From contig JBBRNJ010000012.1 in the NCBI GenBank assembly GCA_038230375.1, positions 1 to 64,000 on the forward strand: a stretch of DNA of 64,000 bases, in the 5' to 3' direction. Positions within the stretch are counted from its first letter, which is position 1; each line of letters starts with the position of its first letter. The notes beneath the pieces are model-generated. The model searched no databases. It worked only from the letters and a program-made list of their open reading frames with translations, and was not told where the DNA came from. A program made the translations under genes and the position numbers. Of this stretch, positions 9,429 to 25,308 are shown one piece after another. Origin of the DNA: Polyangiales bacterium. Lineage in GTDB: Bacteria > Myxococcota_A > Polyangia > Polyangiales > Polyangiaceae.

Positions 9429-10586
9429 GTGGAGCTGACTGCTGCGAAGAAAGATCTCCTGAAGCTGGTGAACCGCATGCAAGCGGTCGCCGAAAAGAAG
9501 AGCACCATGCAGGTGCTCTCGAACGTGTTGCTTGCGGCCGAGGGCAACGGTCAGCTTCGGCTGGCAGCCACCGACCTGTATCTCGGTCTGCTCGGCCGCA
9601 TCGAGGCCAGCATCGCCAAGCCTGGCAGCGTCGCCGTGCCCGCGAAGGATCTGTTCGAGCGCATCAAGAACATGCCCGACGGTCCGATCGTGATCGCGAC
9701 CCAGGACAACGGTCAGACCACGCTGAAGGCCCAGGGAACGGCCCGTCGGTACACGCTTCGCGGCGTGCCGGGTGAGGACTTCCCGCCGCTCCCGCAGCCG
9801 CAGGAAGGCTCGCCCAGCTACTCGCTGGACGTGCTGGCGCTGAAGGAGCTGATGGACAAGACCCACTTCTCCATCTCCACCGACGAGACACGCGCGCACC
9901 TGAACTCCGCGCTCTTCGAGTGGGAGGGCGACACCGTGCGCATGGTCACCACCGACGGACATCGCCTGTCGAAGATGGAGATCAAGGTCCCGGGCAAGCA
10001 CGCCACCACGTCCATGCTCATCCCGCTGAAGGCCATCAACGAGCTGCGCAGGCTCTGCGACGAGGCGATCGCGGAGAACACGTCGGACAAGCCGGCGACC
10101 ATCTCGATCATCGAGAGCGGGTCGTCTGCGTTCTTCCAGACGGGAGGCGTCACGTTCAGCGTGAAGCTCGTCGAGGCGAAGTTTCCGCCGTACTCGCAGG
10201 TCATCCCGCAGAACACCGACAAGATCGTTCGTGCACCGCGCAGCGGGCTCCAGGACGCACTGCGCGCCGTCTCCATCGCCTCCAGTGAGCGCACGTTCGG
10301 CGTGAAGCTCTCGGTGCAGAAGGGCACCATGCGCATCACCAGCGAGTCGCCCGAGAGCGGTGAGGGCTTCGACGAGCTCCCCGTCGACTACTCCGGACCG
10401 AACCTCTCCATCGGCTTCAACGCGAAGTACTTCCTGGACGTGCTCGCCGCCCTCACCGACGACGAGGTGGAGCTCGCGCTCTCCGGCGAGCTCGATCCTG
10501 CGGTTGTGCGGCCCTCCACGGCGTCCAAGACCGCGGGTGCGGAAGGCCGCGACTTCCTGGCCGTCGTCATGCCCATGCGCATCTGA
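9429..10586 (+). CDS. dnaN: DNA polymerase III beta sliding clamp
   Basis: LAATDL, MVTTDGHRL, FPPYSQVIP, IGFNAKYFLD, C-terminal VVMPMRI. GTG start at 9429. Confidence 0.97.
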   Translation: MELTAAKKDLLKLVNRMQAVAEKKSTMQVLSNVLLAAEGNGQLRLAATDLYLGLLGRIEASIAKPGSVAVPAKDLFERIKNMPDGPIVIATQDNGQTTLKAQGTARRYTLRGVPGEDFPPLPQPQEGSPSYSLDVLALKELMDKTHFSISTDETRAHLNSALFEWEGDTVRMVTTDGHRLSKMEIKVPGKHATTSMLIPLKAINELRRLCDEAIAENTSDKPATISIIESGSSAFFQTGGVTFSVKLVEAKFPPYSQVIPQNTDKIVRAPRSGLQDALRAVSIASSERTFGVKLSVQKGTMRITSESPESGEGFDELPVDYSGPNLSIGFNAKYFLDVLAALTDDEVELALSGELDPAVVRPSTASKTAGAEGRDFLAVVMPMRI

Positions 10587-10602
10587 GGTGGGTGTATAGG
10601 CC

Positions 10603-11727
10603 GTGCGGAGCCTCCACGTCAGTGAGCTTGCTGCGCGGGGGTTTCGCAATCTCCGCGGCGAGCCGCTTCGCCTCGGGCCGCGGTTCACTGTGCTCTCGGG
10701 CGACAACGGGCAGGGCAAGTCGAACGTGCTGGAGGCGCGCTCCGTGGCGCTCACGTCCAAGAGCTTCCGCACGAGCAAGCTGAGCGAGCTGCTCTCCCAC
10801 CAGAGGACGAAGCAGGAGGACGGCGAAGAGGCGATCGCCACGGTGCGCGTTCACGTCGTCGAGGACGGCTCACCGCGTGTCCAGACGGTCGCCCTGCGCA
10901 AGGGGCAGCGGCTCGTGAAGATCGACGACAAGCGGCCTGCGTCGCTGGCGGAGTACGCCGTGCAGTCGCCGGTGGTGGTGTTCCACCCGGGCGAGCTCTC
11001 GCTCTCCATGGGGGCGAGCGCGGAGCGACGACGCTTGCTGGATCGCGTGGCGCTCTACAGCGCGCCGGTCGCATTGGACTCGCTCGAGCGATACACGCAC
11101 GCGATGCGCGCACGTCAGAAGGTGCTCGCCATGCGCGGCGCTGGGGCGTCGGACCTGGGTGACTGGGAGGCGCTCATGGCGGAGCATGGCGCTGCCACCT
11201 GCGAGCATCGGAGGCGCGCAGCCGAGAAGCTGGGCGCACGGGCGAGCAAGGTGTTCGGTGAGATCGGGAGCCCAGGCATGGCGCTCTCGGTGACGTACGC
11301 GCCGGGTGGTCCCGAGGACCCGGAGGAGCTCCGTCACGCGCTCGCCGAGCTGCGGGCTGCCGACATGCGCAGGGGGAGCGCGAACAAGGGTCCGCATCGT
11401 GACGATCTCGCGCTCGCCCTGTCCGCCCATCCAGCACGGGGCACGGCGTCGCAGGGGCAGCACCGGGCGATCGTGCTGTCGCTCAAGGCGGCCGAGATCG
11501 CCGAGATCGGCGCAGCGCGCGGCGTGCGGCCCATCCTTCTCCTGGACGATGTGTCGAGCGAGCTCGATCGCGAACGCACGCGCGCGCTCTTCTCGTTCCT
11601 GCGCGCGCAGGAGGGACAGGTGCTCCTGACCACGACGCGACCGGAGCTGATCGACATCGCGCGGTCCGATGAACGCGTGGATTACACGGTTTGCGACGGC
11701 GTGGTATCGGCCCTCGTTGGCGGCTGA
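10603..11727 (+). CDS. recF: DNA replication/repair protein RecF
   Basis: GDNGQGKSN Walker A, SFRT, GPHRDDL, ASQGQ, LLLDDVSSELD. Confidence 0.96.
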   Translation: MRSLHVSELAARGFRNLRGEPLRLGPRFTVLSGDNGQGKSNVLEARSVALTSKSFRTSKLSELLSHQRTKQEDGEEAIATVRVHVVEDGSPRVQTVALRKGQRLVKIDDKRPASLAEYAVQSPVVVFHPGELSLSMGASAERRRLLDRVALYSAPVALDSLERYTHAMRARQKVLAMRGAGASDLGDWEALMAEHGAATCEHRRRAAEKLGARASKVFGEIGSPGMALSVTYAPGGPEDPEELRHALAELRAADMRRGSANKGPHRDDLALALSAHPARGTASQGQHRAIVLSLKAAEIAEIGAARGVRPILLLDDVSSELDRERTRALFSFLRAQEGQVLLTTTRPELIDIARSDERVDYTVCDGVVSALVGG

Positions 11728-11817
11728 TCGATGTGGGCTGAGAAGCCCCTGCCGCGCGTTGCGCAGTACGTTCCCAAGAAACGGCAGAACAGGCCTCTGT
11801 GGTGGACGGTAAAGTGA

Positions 11818-14535
<2,718 letters not shown>

Positions 14536-14801
14536 GACCGACACCCGACTGACGATCGCGTGCGTTGAGTTGTTCACGATCGCCGCCGTGTGTGGCGGTG
14601 CGGTCGTGTGAGATGGCGTATGCACGCGTCCATGTCTCACCCGAGAAACGGCACAAAACAGCGACCTCGCTGAGGCTTCGGGCAGAGGCGCTCCCGCACG
14701 ATGGCTTGGTCCAGGCGATGCATTGCCTGCTCGCTGTGAGTACTCGTCTCTTCAGGGGCTCCGGGGGCCTCGACAAGAAGGAAGGAACGCGGTTGCATCG
14801 G

Positions 14802-15659
14802 ATGATGCGGGGAGTGTTGCGTTCGCTCGCGCTCGGCGCGGGTCTCGGGTCGCTCGTCATGCTGGGTGCAGCATGTGGCGGCAGCGTGCGCAGCTCGGAT
14901 GGCTCCAGCACCGCCACGCAGGAGACCTACGGCGTGAACACGCCAACGCCCCCCGCGAAGCAGAGCACCGAGCTGGATCGACTCTCGGCTCACAGCGGAA
15001 CGATCCTGCCGCGCGTCGCGCTGCGCATCATCTACGTCGGCACACCGGGCCAGGACGGAGCGCCCGAGCAGGACGACTTCGTTCGCTGGCTCGTGACAAG
15101 CGACTACTGGAAGACGCTCGAGCAGTACGGCGTGAGTGAGGGGACGCTGCTCTCCTCGGTGACGGTGCCGCGCGACGCGCTCGCGCCACCCGAGCTGGTG
15201 CAGATCGACAAGGGCCTGATCGCGATCCAGGACCTTGACGTGCGCGTGAGCACGATCGTGAATGGCAGCGCGACAGAGCCGGCGTTTCCCGGCGTGGCCG
15301 GTGCGGACGCCTATGTGATTTTCCTGCCCGATGGCCTGAACGTGGACCTCTCGCATCGCGCCGACTACGTGAGCACCACCTGCATCGATGAGGGCGGGTA
15401 CCACGCGCACGACGGTCGCGAGCCGTACATGATCATGCCTCCGTGCGACAAGGGTCGGAGCACGTTCGCCATCTCTCATGAGCTCACCGAGATGGTGACC
15501 GATCCGGTGTCCGCCGCCGGATGGCTCAGCGACGGCGACGTGTCGAAGAACGGTGGCGAGATCGCCGACCTCTGCAACCACCCCGTACAGGTGGAAGCGC
15601 GCCAGGTGTCACAGCTCTGGTCCAACGCAGACGGCGAGTGCGTTCCGTTTCGGCAGTGA
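14802..15659 (+). CDS. Lipoprotein with Phi-1/EXORDIUM-like (zincin-like) domain
   Basis: Lipobox LGAAC; GGYH, SHELTEMVTDP, GW, GEIADLC. Confidence 0.65.
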   Translation: MMRGVLRSLALGAGLGSLVMLGAACGGSVRSSDGSSTATQETYGVNTPTPPAKQSTELDRLSAHSGTILPRVALRIIYVGTPGQDGAPEQDDFVRWLVTSDYWKTLEQYGVSEGTLLSSVTVPRDALAPPELVQIDKGLIAIQDLDVRVSTIVNGSATEPAFPGVAGADAYVIFLPDGLNVDLSHRADYVSTTCIDEGGYHAHDGREPYMIMPPCDKGRSTFAISHELTEMVTDPVSAAGWLSDGDVSKNGGEIADLCNHPVQVEARQVSQLWSNADGECVPFRQ

Positions 15660-15751
15660 GCGTGCAGCACATCTGACCGGAGATCGGGCGCGCGGGTTTT
15701 GCGCGTCTTTTCGCGCCTTGCCAGCCCCTATTGGGTGCTTAAGCAAGATGC

Positions 15752-18364
<2,613 letters not shown>

Positions 18365-18374
18365 CGTTGCGGCA

Positions 18375-18389
18375 CCGCAGCTACTGCGG
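18375..18389. terminator. Short hairpin between convergent clpB and transglutaminase genes
   Basis: CCGCAG-CTA-CTGCGG; no U-tract. Confidence 0.3.
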
Positions 18390-18390
18390 G

Positions 18391-20580
18391 TCAGGGACTG
18401 GCTGGGGCGGCGGCCTCTGTGGGACGTGGCTCCGGCGGCTTCCTGCCGCGTAGCTCCTTCACGCGTCGCTCGAACTCCTTCCGGGCCGTCTCCGTGAGCG
18501 GGCGGCCGCCGAAGCGGAGCTCGATGTACTCGTTCGTGAGCTCGAACACGTCCTTGCCCAGCGGGTGCTCAGCGCTCTCCACTTGCTCTGCATGGCGGAG
18601 CGGCGGCAGCGACGTGGGCCGGCTGATGCCATGCGCTGCCATCACCAGCTCGAGGCTCCTGTAGAGCGAAGCGACGGCTTCCTGCCGCTGGGCCTCGCGC
18701 TCCTCTTTCTCCGTGCGGTCCACGAGGACGGGCTTCTTCTTCTTGCGGCGCGTCCACAGTGCGTACGCGCCGATGGACAGCAGCGCGATGATGACGCCGA
18801 TGATCGACGGCCTGGTGACCGCGCCGGCAAGGCCGCGATCGAGCTGCGTGCGGTGCCGGAAGGCGTTGTACGAGTCGCGTGCGCCCTGCAGCATGTTGTG
18901 CTGCGTGCTGAGGTCGTAGCCGACGACGTAGCGGTTCCAGCGCTGCGAGGCCGCCTCGATGAAGTCGCGCACGTAGACGTATGTCCCGGCGCGTTCCTCG
19001 CGCGGCTGCGCGCCTGCGGTGGGCGTGGGGTCGAATGTGACCCACCCGCGGGAGCCCTCGATGTAGGCCTCGACCCATGAGTGCGCGTCTCCCTGGCGCA
19101 CGGCGTAGTAGCGGCCGAAATGGTTGTATGTTCCACCCAAAAATCCCATCACGTTGCGCGACGGGATCCCGACCTCGCGCAGCATGAGGGCCATGGCCGT
19201 GGAGAAGAACTCGCAGTGACCGGCGCGTGAGTTGAAGAGGAAGTCGTCGATGGGCTCCGACTTGCCGCCCGATGGACGCGACAGGTCGTAGCGGAACTCC
19301 TTCTTCAGGTGCTCCTCGATGGCCTTCGCCTTGAGTTGGTCCGTGGGCTGGTCATCGGCCCACTGGTGCGCGAGCTGGCCCACGCGCCCCGGGAAGTCGG
19401 CAGGTAGCTGGAGGTACCGCGCGCGCTCCGGCGCTGGCAAATCCTCGACGATGGGCTCCGCGTCCGTGGCGACGAAGGCCTCGTAGTGAAGGCCGCGCAC
19501 GTCGTTGCCGCCGTAGCGCAGCTCACCCTCGGGCGCGCGCACGATGGAGAATGGATCGCCCAGCGCGGCCTGCGGCGGCTTGCGAACCCACATGGAGACG
19601 GTCTTCGGCGGCAGGAAGATCACCTGCGGGTCGATGGGCTCGAGGTCGATCGTGAACTTTCGGTCCGTGGGCCGGCTCATGCGCGAGAGCGCGAGATAGT
19701 CGCCGCCGATGCGATCGAGCCTCCGGTCGCTCGCGGAGCGCGACCACATGTGCCCGCCGTACGTGTCGCGCGCGGTGCCGCGGAAGCGCACGATGAGACG
19801 CGCGGGCGGCGGGTCAGGCAGGTTGGAGACATCGAAGCGAAGCGCGATGTCCGGGTTCGAGCGCATCACACCGACGTCGTTCAGATCGATCTGCTCGCTG
19901 AAGCCGATCTTGTCGCCGCCGCGCCGATCGATGAGGAGCAGCGACAAACCCACGCGCGGGAACATGAGGAAGAGCGCAGCCGTGAAGACGAAGATCGGGA
20001 GCGCCATGAGGCACGTGGCCGCCAGGAACCCGCGCCCGACGACGCGACGGCTGCGCAGGATGCGTGGGACGTCCACGGGGAGGCCGGTTCGATCGCGCGC
20101 GCCCTGGCGATAGTTGCCTTCGACCTCGCGGCGCAGGTGGGAGAGCACCAGCGCGCCTGGTGCGACGATCAGGAAGCCCAGGAAGCAGACGCCGTACGTG
20201 ATGCCGCCGCCCAGCACGGTGCCCGCCACGAAGTGGAGGAGCGCGAGAACGATGATCTGCTGATCGTGCTGGGCGCCACGGCGCGTGGCCACGCGGAGGA
20301 CCTGGAGGAGCGCGGCGAACTCCACGACGACGTCGAGCACGGAGCGCCCGAGTATCAGGCGCGACACCTGCACCACGAAGAGCAGCATGGGCGCGAACGT
20401 CGCGAACTGCCGCATGGCGTTCTTCGGCTGGAAGCTCTCAGGCACCGCGAGCGCGAGGCCAAGGCCTACCAGCACCACCACGTTCGCCCACGGCGACATG
20501 GCCTGCGTGCTGACGATCGCCAGGACGCCGAGCGCCGCAAGCGCGTCGGTCATGATGCGGTGGACCAGACCGAATCTCAT
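18391..20580 (-). CDS. TgpA-like membrane transglutaminase-domain protein (DUF3488 + transglutaminase)
   Basis: N-terminal TM bundle, FPR..GFS motif, catalytic GHCEFFS / HSWVE / FDPT. Confidence 0.9.
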   Translation of the reverse strand: MRFGLVHRIMTDALAALGVLAIVSTQAMSPWANVVVLVGLGLALAVPESFQPKNAMRQFATFAPMLLFVVQVSRLILGRSVLDVVVEFAALLQVLRVATRRGAQHDQQIIVLALLHFVAGTVLGGGITYGVCFLGFLIVAPGALVLSHLRREVEGNYRQGARDRTGLPVDVPRILRSRRVVGRGFLAATCLMALPIFVFTAALFLMFPRVGLSLLLIDRRGGDKIGFSEQIDLNDVGVMRSNPDIALRFDVSNLPDPPPARLIVRFRGTARDTYGGHMWSRSASDRRLDRIGGDYLALSRMSRPTDRKFTIDLEPIDPQVIFLPPKTVSMWVRKPPQAALGDPFSIVRAPEGELRYGGNDVRGLHYEAFVATDAEPIVEDLPAPERARYLQLPADFPGRVGQLAHQWADDQPTDQLKAKAIEEHLKKEFRYDLSRPSGGKSEPIDDFLFNSRAGHCEFFSTAMALMLREVGIPSRNVMGFLGGTYNHFGRYYAVRQGDAHSWVEAYIEGSRGWVTFDPTPTAGAQPREERAGTYVYVRDFIEAASQRWNRYVVGYDLSTQHNMLQGARDSYNAFRHRTQLDRGLAGAVTRPSIIGVIIALLSIGAYALWTRRKKKKPVLVDRTEKEEREAQRQEAVASLYRSLELVMAAHGISRPTSLPPLRHAEQVESAEHPLGKDVFELTNEYIELRFGGRPLTETARKEFERRVKELRGRKPPEPRPTEAAAPASP

Positions 20581-21713
20581 TCGGCCGCTCCCTGGTTCGC
20601 TCCAGATGCGGGCTCTTCCCTTGGGGCGGCCGGTGGATTCTCGCTCGCGCGCTTGCCCTCACGAGCGACTGCGCCTGCAACGCGGTGCGGGCCAAGGAGC
20701 GCGAGGTAGCGGAGAAGCGGGTCTGCGCCGATCGATCTGTCCGCGCGCGCGCGCTCACCGTGGCTCGTGCGGATCGTCACGACGTCGCCGCGACGGAGAT
20801 GCGCAACCGCGCGTGAGGCGACCTCCCGGATGCGTCGCTCGAAGATCGCCTCCCAGTCGTCGGGTGCGTCGTCCGCGCGTGTGACATCGAGCGGCAGCAC
20901 CACATCAGGTCGAGACTCGCGCGCGCGCTCGCGCATGACGAGCTGGCCCATCGCCGCGCTCTTCTTCCAGTGCACGTCGCGCGGGTCCTCGCCCTGGCGG
21001 AGCAGACGCAGACCCACGTAGTCGTCGCCGTGGCCCTTGCCGGCAGAGGCCTCGCCGCCGTTCTTCATGCCTGGGGGCGAGGGCGGGAGCTGCACGGAGT
21101 CCACTGCCGGATAGATGACGAGCTCGCCTTCAGCGGGGACCTCGCGCGACTTCTCGAAGAGGCCGAATGGAAAGCGGGTCGCGATGCGGAAGCCCGTGTG
21201 CTTGTCGATGCCGCGCCTCTGCGGCGTGCGCCGATACGCAGCGACCTGAGCGGATTTCGGGCTGATTTTCAGGAAAAAGCAGCGTTTGTCCGCGGGCTGC
21301 CCGGCGCGCAGGTCTTCGACCTCGATGGCGTACGACGGCACCCTGCCCTTGTGGTTGAAGACCTCGATCTCGACCAGGTGTGGGCGTCCCACCTGTGCAC
21401 GCATCGGGAGGCGGCGCACGACGGTGAGCTCTCTCAGCGACAGCTCGCTCATGACGCCGCTCACCACGATGAGCGCCAGGAGCAAGCCGAGCATGAGGTA
21501 GAGCAGGTTGTTGCCGGTGTTCACCGCGGCGAAGCCAACGCCGACCGTGATGCCGATGAAGAACTTCCCCTCACGCGTGAACTTCAGGCGCCGCGGCGGC
21601 TTGAGGCTGTTCCAGACGCGCAGACGCGCGCTCTCCTGGCGCACTCCAGCGTTGGGCGCCGCGAGCTGCAGGCTGCTTTGCACACGGGCGCTTCGTGAAG
21701 GAGGAGCGGGCAC
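20577..21713 (-). CDS. DUF58 domain protein
   Basis: NTGNNLLYL, TRFPFGLF, GEDPRDVHWK; typical MoxR partner. Confidence 0.9.
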   Translation of the reverse strand: MPAPPSRSARVQSSLQLAAPNAGVRQESARLRVWNSLKPPRRLKFTREGKFFIGITVGVGFAAVNTGNNLLYLMLGLLLALIVVSGVMSELSLRELTVVRRLPMRAQVGRPHLVEIEVFNHKGRVPSYAIEVEDLRAGQPADKRCFFLKISPKSAQVAAYRRTPQRRGIDKHTGFRIATRFPFGLFEKSREVPAEGELVIYPAVDSVQLPPSPPGMKNGGEASAGKGHGDDYVGLRLLRQGEDPRDVHWKKSAAMGQLVMRERARESRPDVVLPLDVTRADDAPDDWEAIFERRIREVASRAVAHLRRGDVVTIRTSHGERARADRSIGADPLLRYLALLGPHRVAGAVAREGKRASENPPAAPREEPASGANQGAAE

Positions 21714-21727
21714 TGCGTTAGCTCCGG

Positions 21728-22690
<963 letters not shown>

Positions 22691-22741
22691 GTGTCCACGA
22701 TAGCATGAGCCTCGCGGGGAACGAGAAGAGTCGGGCGCTTA

Positions 22742-22756
22742 CTTTACGACGTAAAG
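22742..22756. promoter_or_regulatory. Perfect 7-1-7 inverted repeat in the divergent moxR / ABC-ATPase promoter region
   Basis: CTTTACG-A-CGTAAAG; a -10-like TAGAAT lies at 22785-22790. Confidence 0.4.
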
Positions 22757-22826
22757 CTTCCTTTGGTGTGGCGGCTCCGTCGTATAGAATGGCGCATTCG
22801 AGGCGCGTTCATGGTCTGATCTGCTC

Positions 22827-23480
22827 GTGCCCGTGCCGCTCGTCCCACCCGAAGGAGTGGTCCTCACCCAGGTCTCCAAGTCGTTCGGTCCGGTGCGCGC
22901 GCTTGCGTCCGTCAACGCGGCCTTCCCGCCGTCGGTGGTGACCGCGGTCATCGGGGCGAACGGCTCGGGCAAGTCGACGCTCCTGTCGATCGTCGGCACG
23001 CTTGCTCGACCAACGTCGGGTCGCGTCTCACATGGCGCGGTCGGCGGCAACGCCCAGCAGGTACGTGCTCGCCTTGGATGGCTCGGGCACGACTCCCTCT
23101 GCTACGCCGACCTCACCGGCCGCGAGAACCTCGAGCTCGCGGCGCGCCTCTACGATGTGGACCCGGCGACCGCGGTCGCAAACGCCGTCTCGAGGTTCGA
23201 GCTCACCGCGTTCCTCGAGCGCCCATTCAGGACGTACTCCCGGGGCCAGCGACAACGTGTCGCACTCGCCCGCTCCCTGATCCACGGCCCGCAGCTCCTG
23301 CTGCTCGACGAGCCCACCACCGGCCTCGATGCGGCCGGCTGCGCCCGGCTGAGAGACGTGGTGCGCGAGGAGGCGGACAAGGGTTCGATCGTGGTGGTGG
23401 TCACGCATGACGAGCGCTTCGCATCCGAGGTCGCCTCCCGGACCATCCGCCTGGACCGCGGCCGCGTGGCCGTCTCCTAG
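22827..23480 (+). CDS. ABC ATPase, CcmA-like (heme exporter ATP-binding subunit)
   Basis: GANGSGKST, GWLGH...Y.DLTGRENL, YSRGQRQR, LLLDEPTTGLD; short stand-alone ATPase. Confidence 0.75.
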   Translation: MPVPLVPPEGVVLTQVSKSFGPVRALASVNAAFPPSVVTAVIGANGSGKSTLLSIVGTLARPTSGRVSHGAVGGNAQQVRARLGWLGHDSLCYADLTGRENLELAARLYDVDPATAVANAVSRFELTAFLERPFRTYSRGQRQRVALARSLIHGPQLLLLDEPTTGLDAAGCARLRDVVREEADKGSIVVVVTHDERFASEVASRTIRLDRGRVAVS

Positions 23481-24145
23481 CGACGCGCGAGCGAGCGCAC
23501 GACCTCGCCGGCTGACGCTGGGGCGAGGTCACCGAACGGCGCGGCGTCGATGATGGGTAACGACAGGAAAGAGCGGAGCTCCGCAGCGTTCGTTCCGCTC
23601 GAGGCATCCGGCGTGCGCGTGGGGCTGAGCAGGACATGGGTGATCGTGACGTCGCGTGCCCGGGCTGCCTCGGTCGTCGAGAGCACCTCGTGAAGGACAC
23701 CCAGCCTGTCCGGCGCGACGAGCACCACAGCGTCAGGGGCGAGTCGCCGGATCAGATCGACCGCCAGCTCTCTGTCCGTCATGGGCGAGAAGAGCCCGCC
23801 TGGAAGCTCCACGACCACGCCATCTGCCGCCGAGGCGCGGGCCCGCTCCACTGCTGCCTGGATGGCGAGGAGGTCGATCGTCACCGTTTCGGCGCGCGCC
23901 GCGGCGTGCGGGCTCACGGGTCGGGCGAGCCGGACCACCGGGAGCGGAGGTTTCACGTGAAACGTGGAGGCCTGTTCGAGGAGGTAGCCGTCGGTCTCCT
24001 CGATGCGCATGACCCCGGACTCCACGGGCTTGTAGCCAAGCACGGCGGCGCCGGAGGCCGCCCACGCGCGCACCGTTGCGACCGCCAGGAAGGTCTTGCC
24101 GATGCCCGTGCCGGTTCCGGTGAAGACGATCAGCGAGGCAGGCAT
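23477..24145 (-). CDS. bioD: Dethiobiotin synthase
   Basis: FTGTGTGIGKT, YKPVESG, PVSPHAAA, VELPGGL. Start MPASLIV at 24145. Confidence 0.92.
   Translation of the reverse strand: MPASLIVFTGTGTGIGKTFLAVATVRAWAASGAAVLGYKPVESGVMRIEETDGYLLEQASTFHVKPPLPVVRLARPVSPHAAARAETVTIDLLAIQAAVERARASAADGVVVELPGGLFSPMTDRELAVDLIRRLAPDAVVLVAPDRLGVLHEVLSTTEAARARDVTITHVLLSPTRTPDASSGTNAAELRSFLSLPIIDAAPFGDLAPASAGEVVRSLARR
23949..23964. other. parS-type ParB loading site (within bioD)
   Basis: GGTTTCACGTGAAACG; perfect 14-bp palindromic core of the TGTTTCACGTGAAACA consensus. Confidence 0.75.
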
Positions 24146-25263
24146 GGCAGCACCCGGGCGATCTCCGCGAGCAGACCCTCCACGTCCTCGGCCGTGTGGC
24201 CGGCGGTGACAGTGAAGCGAAGTCGAGCCGTACCGACAGGAACGGTCGGGGGTCTGATGGCCTGCACGAGCACGCCCTGGGCACGGAGCCTGGCCGCTGC
24301 ATCGAGAGCCACCTCGGGCGGGCCGAGCACCCACGGCACGATGGGACCGTAGCCCCATGGAGAGAGTCCAAGCGCGCGCATCCCCGCCCGCAACTGCTCC
24401 GCGCGCGCGAGCACGTGGGCCCGCAGATCGTCTGCCTGCTGCACCGCTGCCAGGTTCCGGGTCGCGTGGGCCGCGGTCGCGGGGCCCACGCCCGTGGTGA
24501 ACACGAAGGATCGCGCGCGGTTCCAGAGCCACGTGCGGAGCAGCTCCGACCCCGCCACGAGGGCCCCAGCAGCCCCGAACGACTTGCCCAGCGTGCCGAC
24601 CACGGCGTCCGCGCCCACCCCTGGCTCCATGCACAGGCCCCGGCCCTGAGGGCCAAGGATGCCCAGGGCGTGGGCCTCGTCCACCAGCAACGCCGCGTCG
24701 AACCTGGAGCTGAGCGCGGTCAGGGCAACCAGATCCGGGCTGTCCGCGTCCATGCTGAAGTAGGACTCGGTCATGATGAAGGCGCGGCCAAACGCCGACC
24801 GGTCGCGCAACGCTTCCTCTACAGCGCCGGTCTCCAGGTGGGGAACGATGCGGACCGTAGCGCGCGAGAGCCGGGCGCCATCGACGATGCTCGCGTGATT
24901 GAGCTCATCGCTGACCACCAGATCGCCACGCGAGGCGAGGGCGGACAGCAGTCCCACGTTCGCGGCGTAGCCACTCGGAAAGAGGAGGGCGGCCTCGCGT
25001 CCCAGGTACCGCGCAAAGCCGTCCTCGAGCGCGTGATGCTCGGGGCGATCGCCGAGCACCAGCCGCGACGCCCCCGCGCCTCCGGCGTGGCCATCCGTCC
25101 CCGACCTGCTGGCGAGGCCCAGATAGTCGTTCGAGCAGAACGTCCGCGCCGAGGCCTCTGTGGGGGCAGTCCGTTGCCTGAGCAGCCCGGCGGAGCGGAG
25201 CGCTGCGAGCTCGTCGGCCAGATACGCCAGACCGGACTGTTTCACGTGAAACGTCGAGTCCAT
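24130..25263 (-). CDS. bioF: 8-amino-7-oxononanoate synthase
   Basis: FCSNDYLGL, GAGASRLV, SGYAAN, LNHASIVDG, VDEAHALG, GTLGKSFG, IRPPTVP. Start at 25263 or 25305. Confidence 0.94.
   Translation of the reverse strand: MDSTFHVKQSGLAYLADELAALRSAGLLRQRTAPTEASARTFCSNDYLGLASRSGTDGHAGGAGASRLVLGDRPEHHALEDGFARYLGREAALLFPSGYAANVGLLSALASRGDLVVSDELNHASIVDGARLSRATVRIVPHLETGAVEEALRDRSAFGRAFIMTESYFSMDADSPDLVALTALSSRFDAALLVDEAHALGILGPQGRGLCMEPGVGADAVVGTLGKSFGAAGALVAGSELLRTWLWNRARSFVFTTGVGPATAAHATRNLAAVQQADDLRAHVLARAEQLRAGMRALGLSPWGYGPIVPWVLGPPEVALDAAARLRAQGVLVQAIRPPTVPVGTARLRFTVTAGHTAEDVEGLLAEIARVLPCLPR
25238..25253. other. parS-type ParB loading site (5' end of bioF)
   Basis: TGTTTCACGTGAAACG, 15/16 match to the consensus. 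Confidence 0.8.
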
Positions 25264-25308
25264 CGCCACGCCGGTGCGGACGTCGGTGGCAGGGAGGCGA
25301 GACATCAC

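Noticed and set aside
15717..15745. CIRCE/HrcA operator or heat-shock promoter upstream of clpB
   Set aside because: The half-sites are degenerate with wrong spacing, and the CCCCTAT -10-like element has no convincing -35.
23477..23480. Convergent ccmA-like and bioD genes sharing a CTAG stop overlap
   Set aside because: A common compact-genome arrangement with no further signal.
25264..25308. 6S RNA downstream of zapA
   Set aside because: There is no room: bioF begins within about 45 bp or less of the zapA stop.
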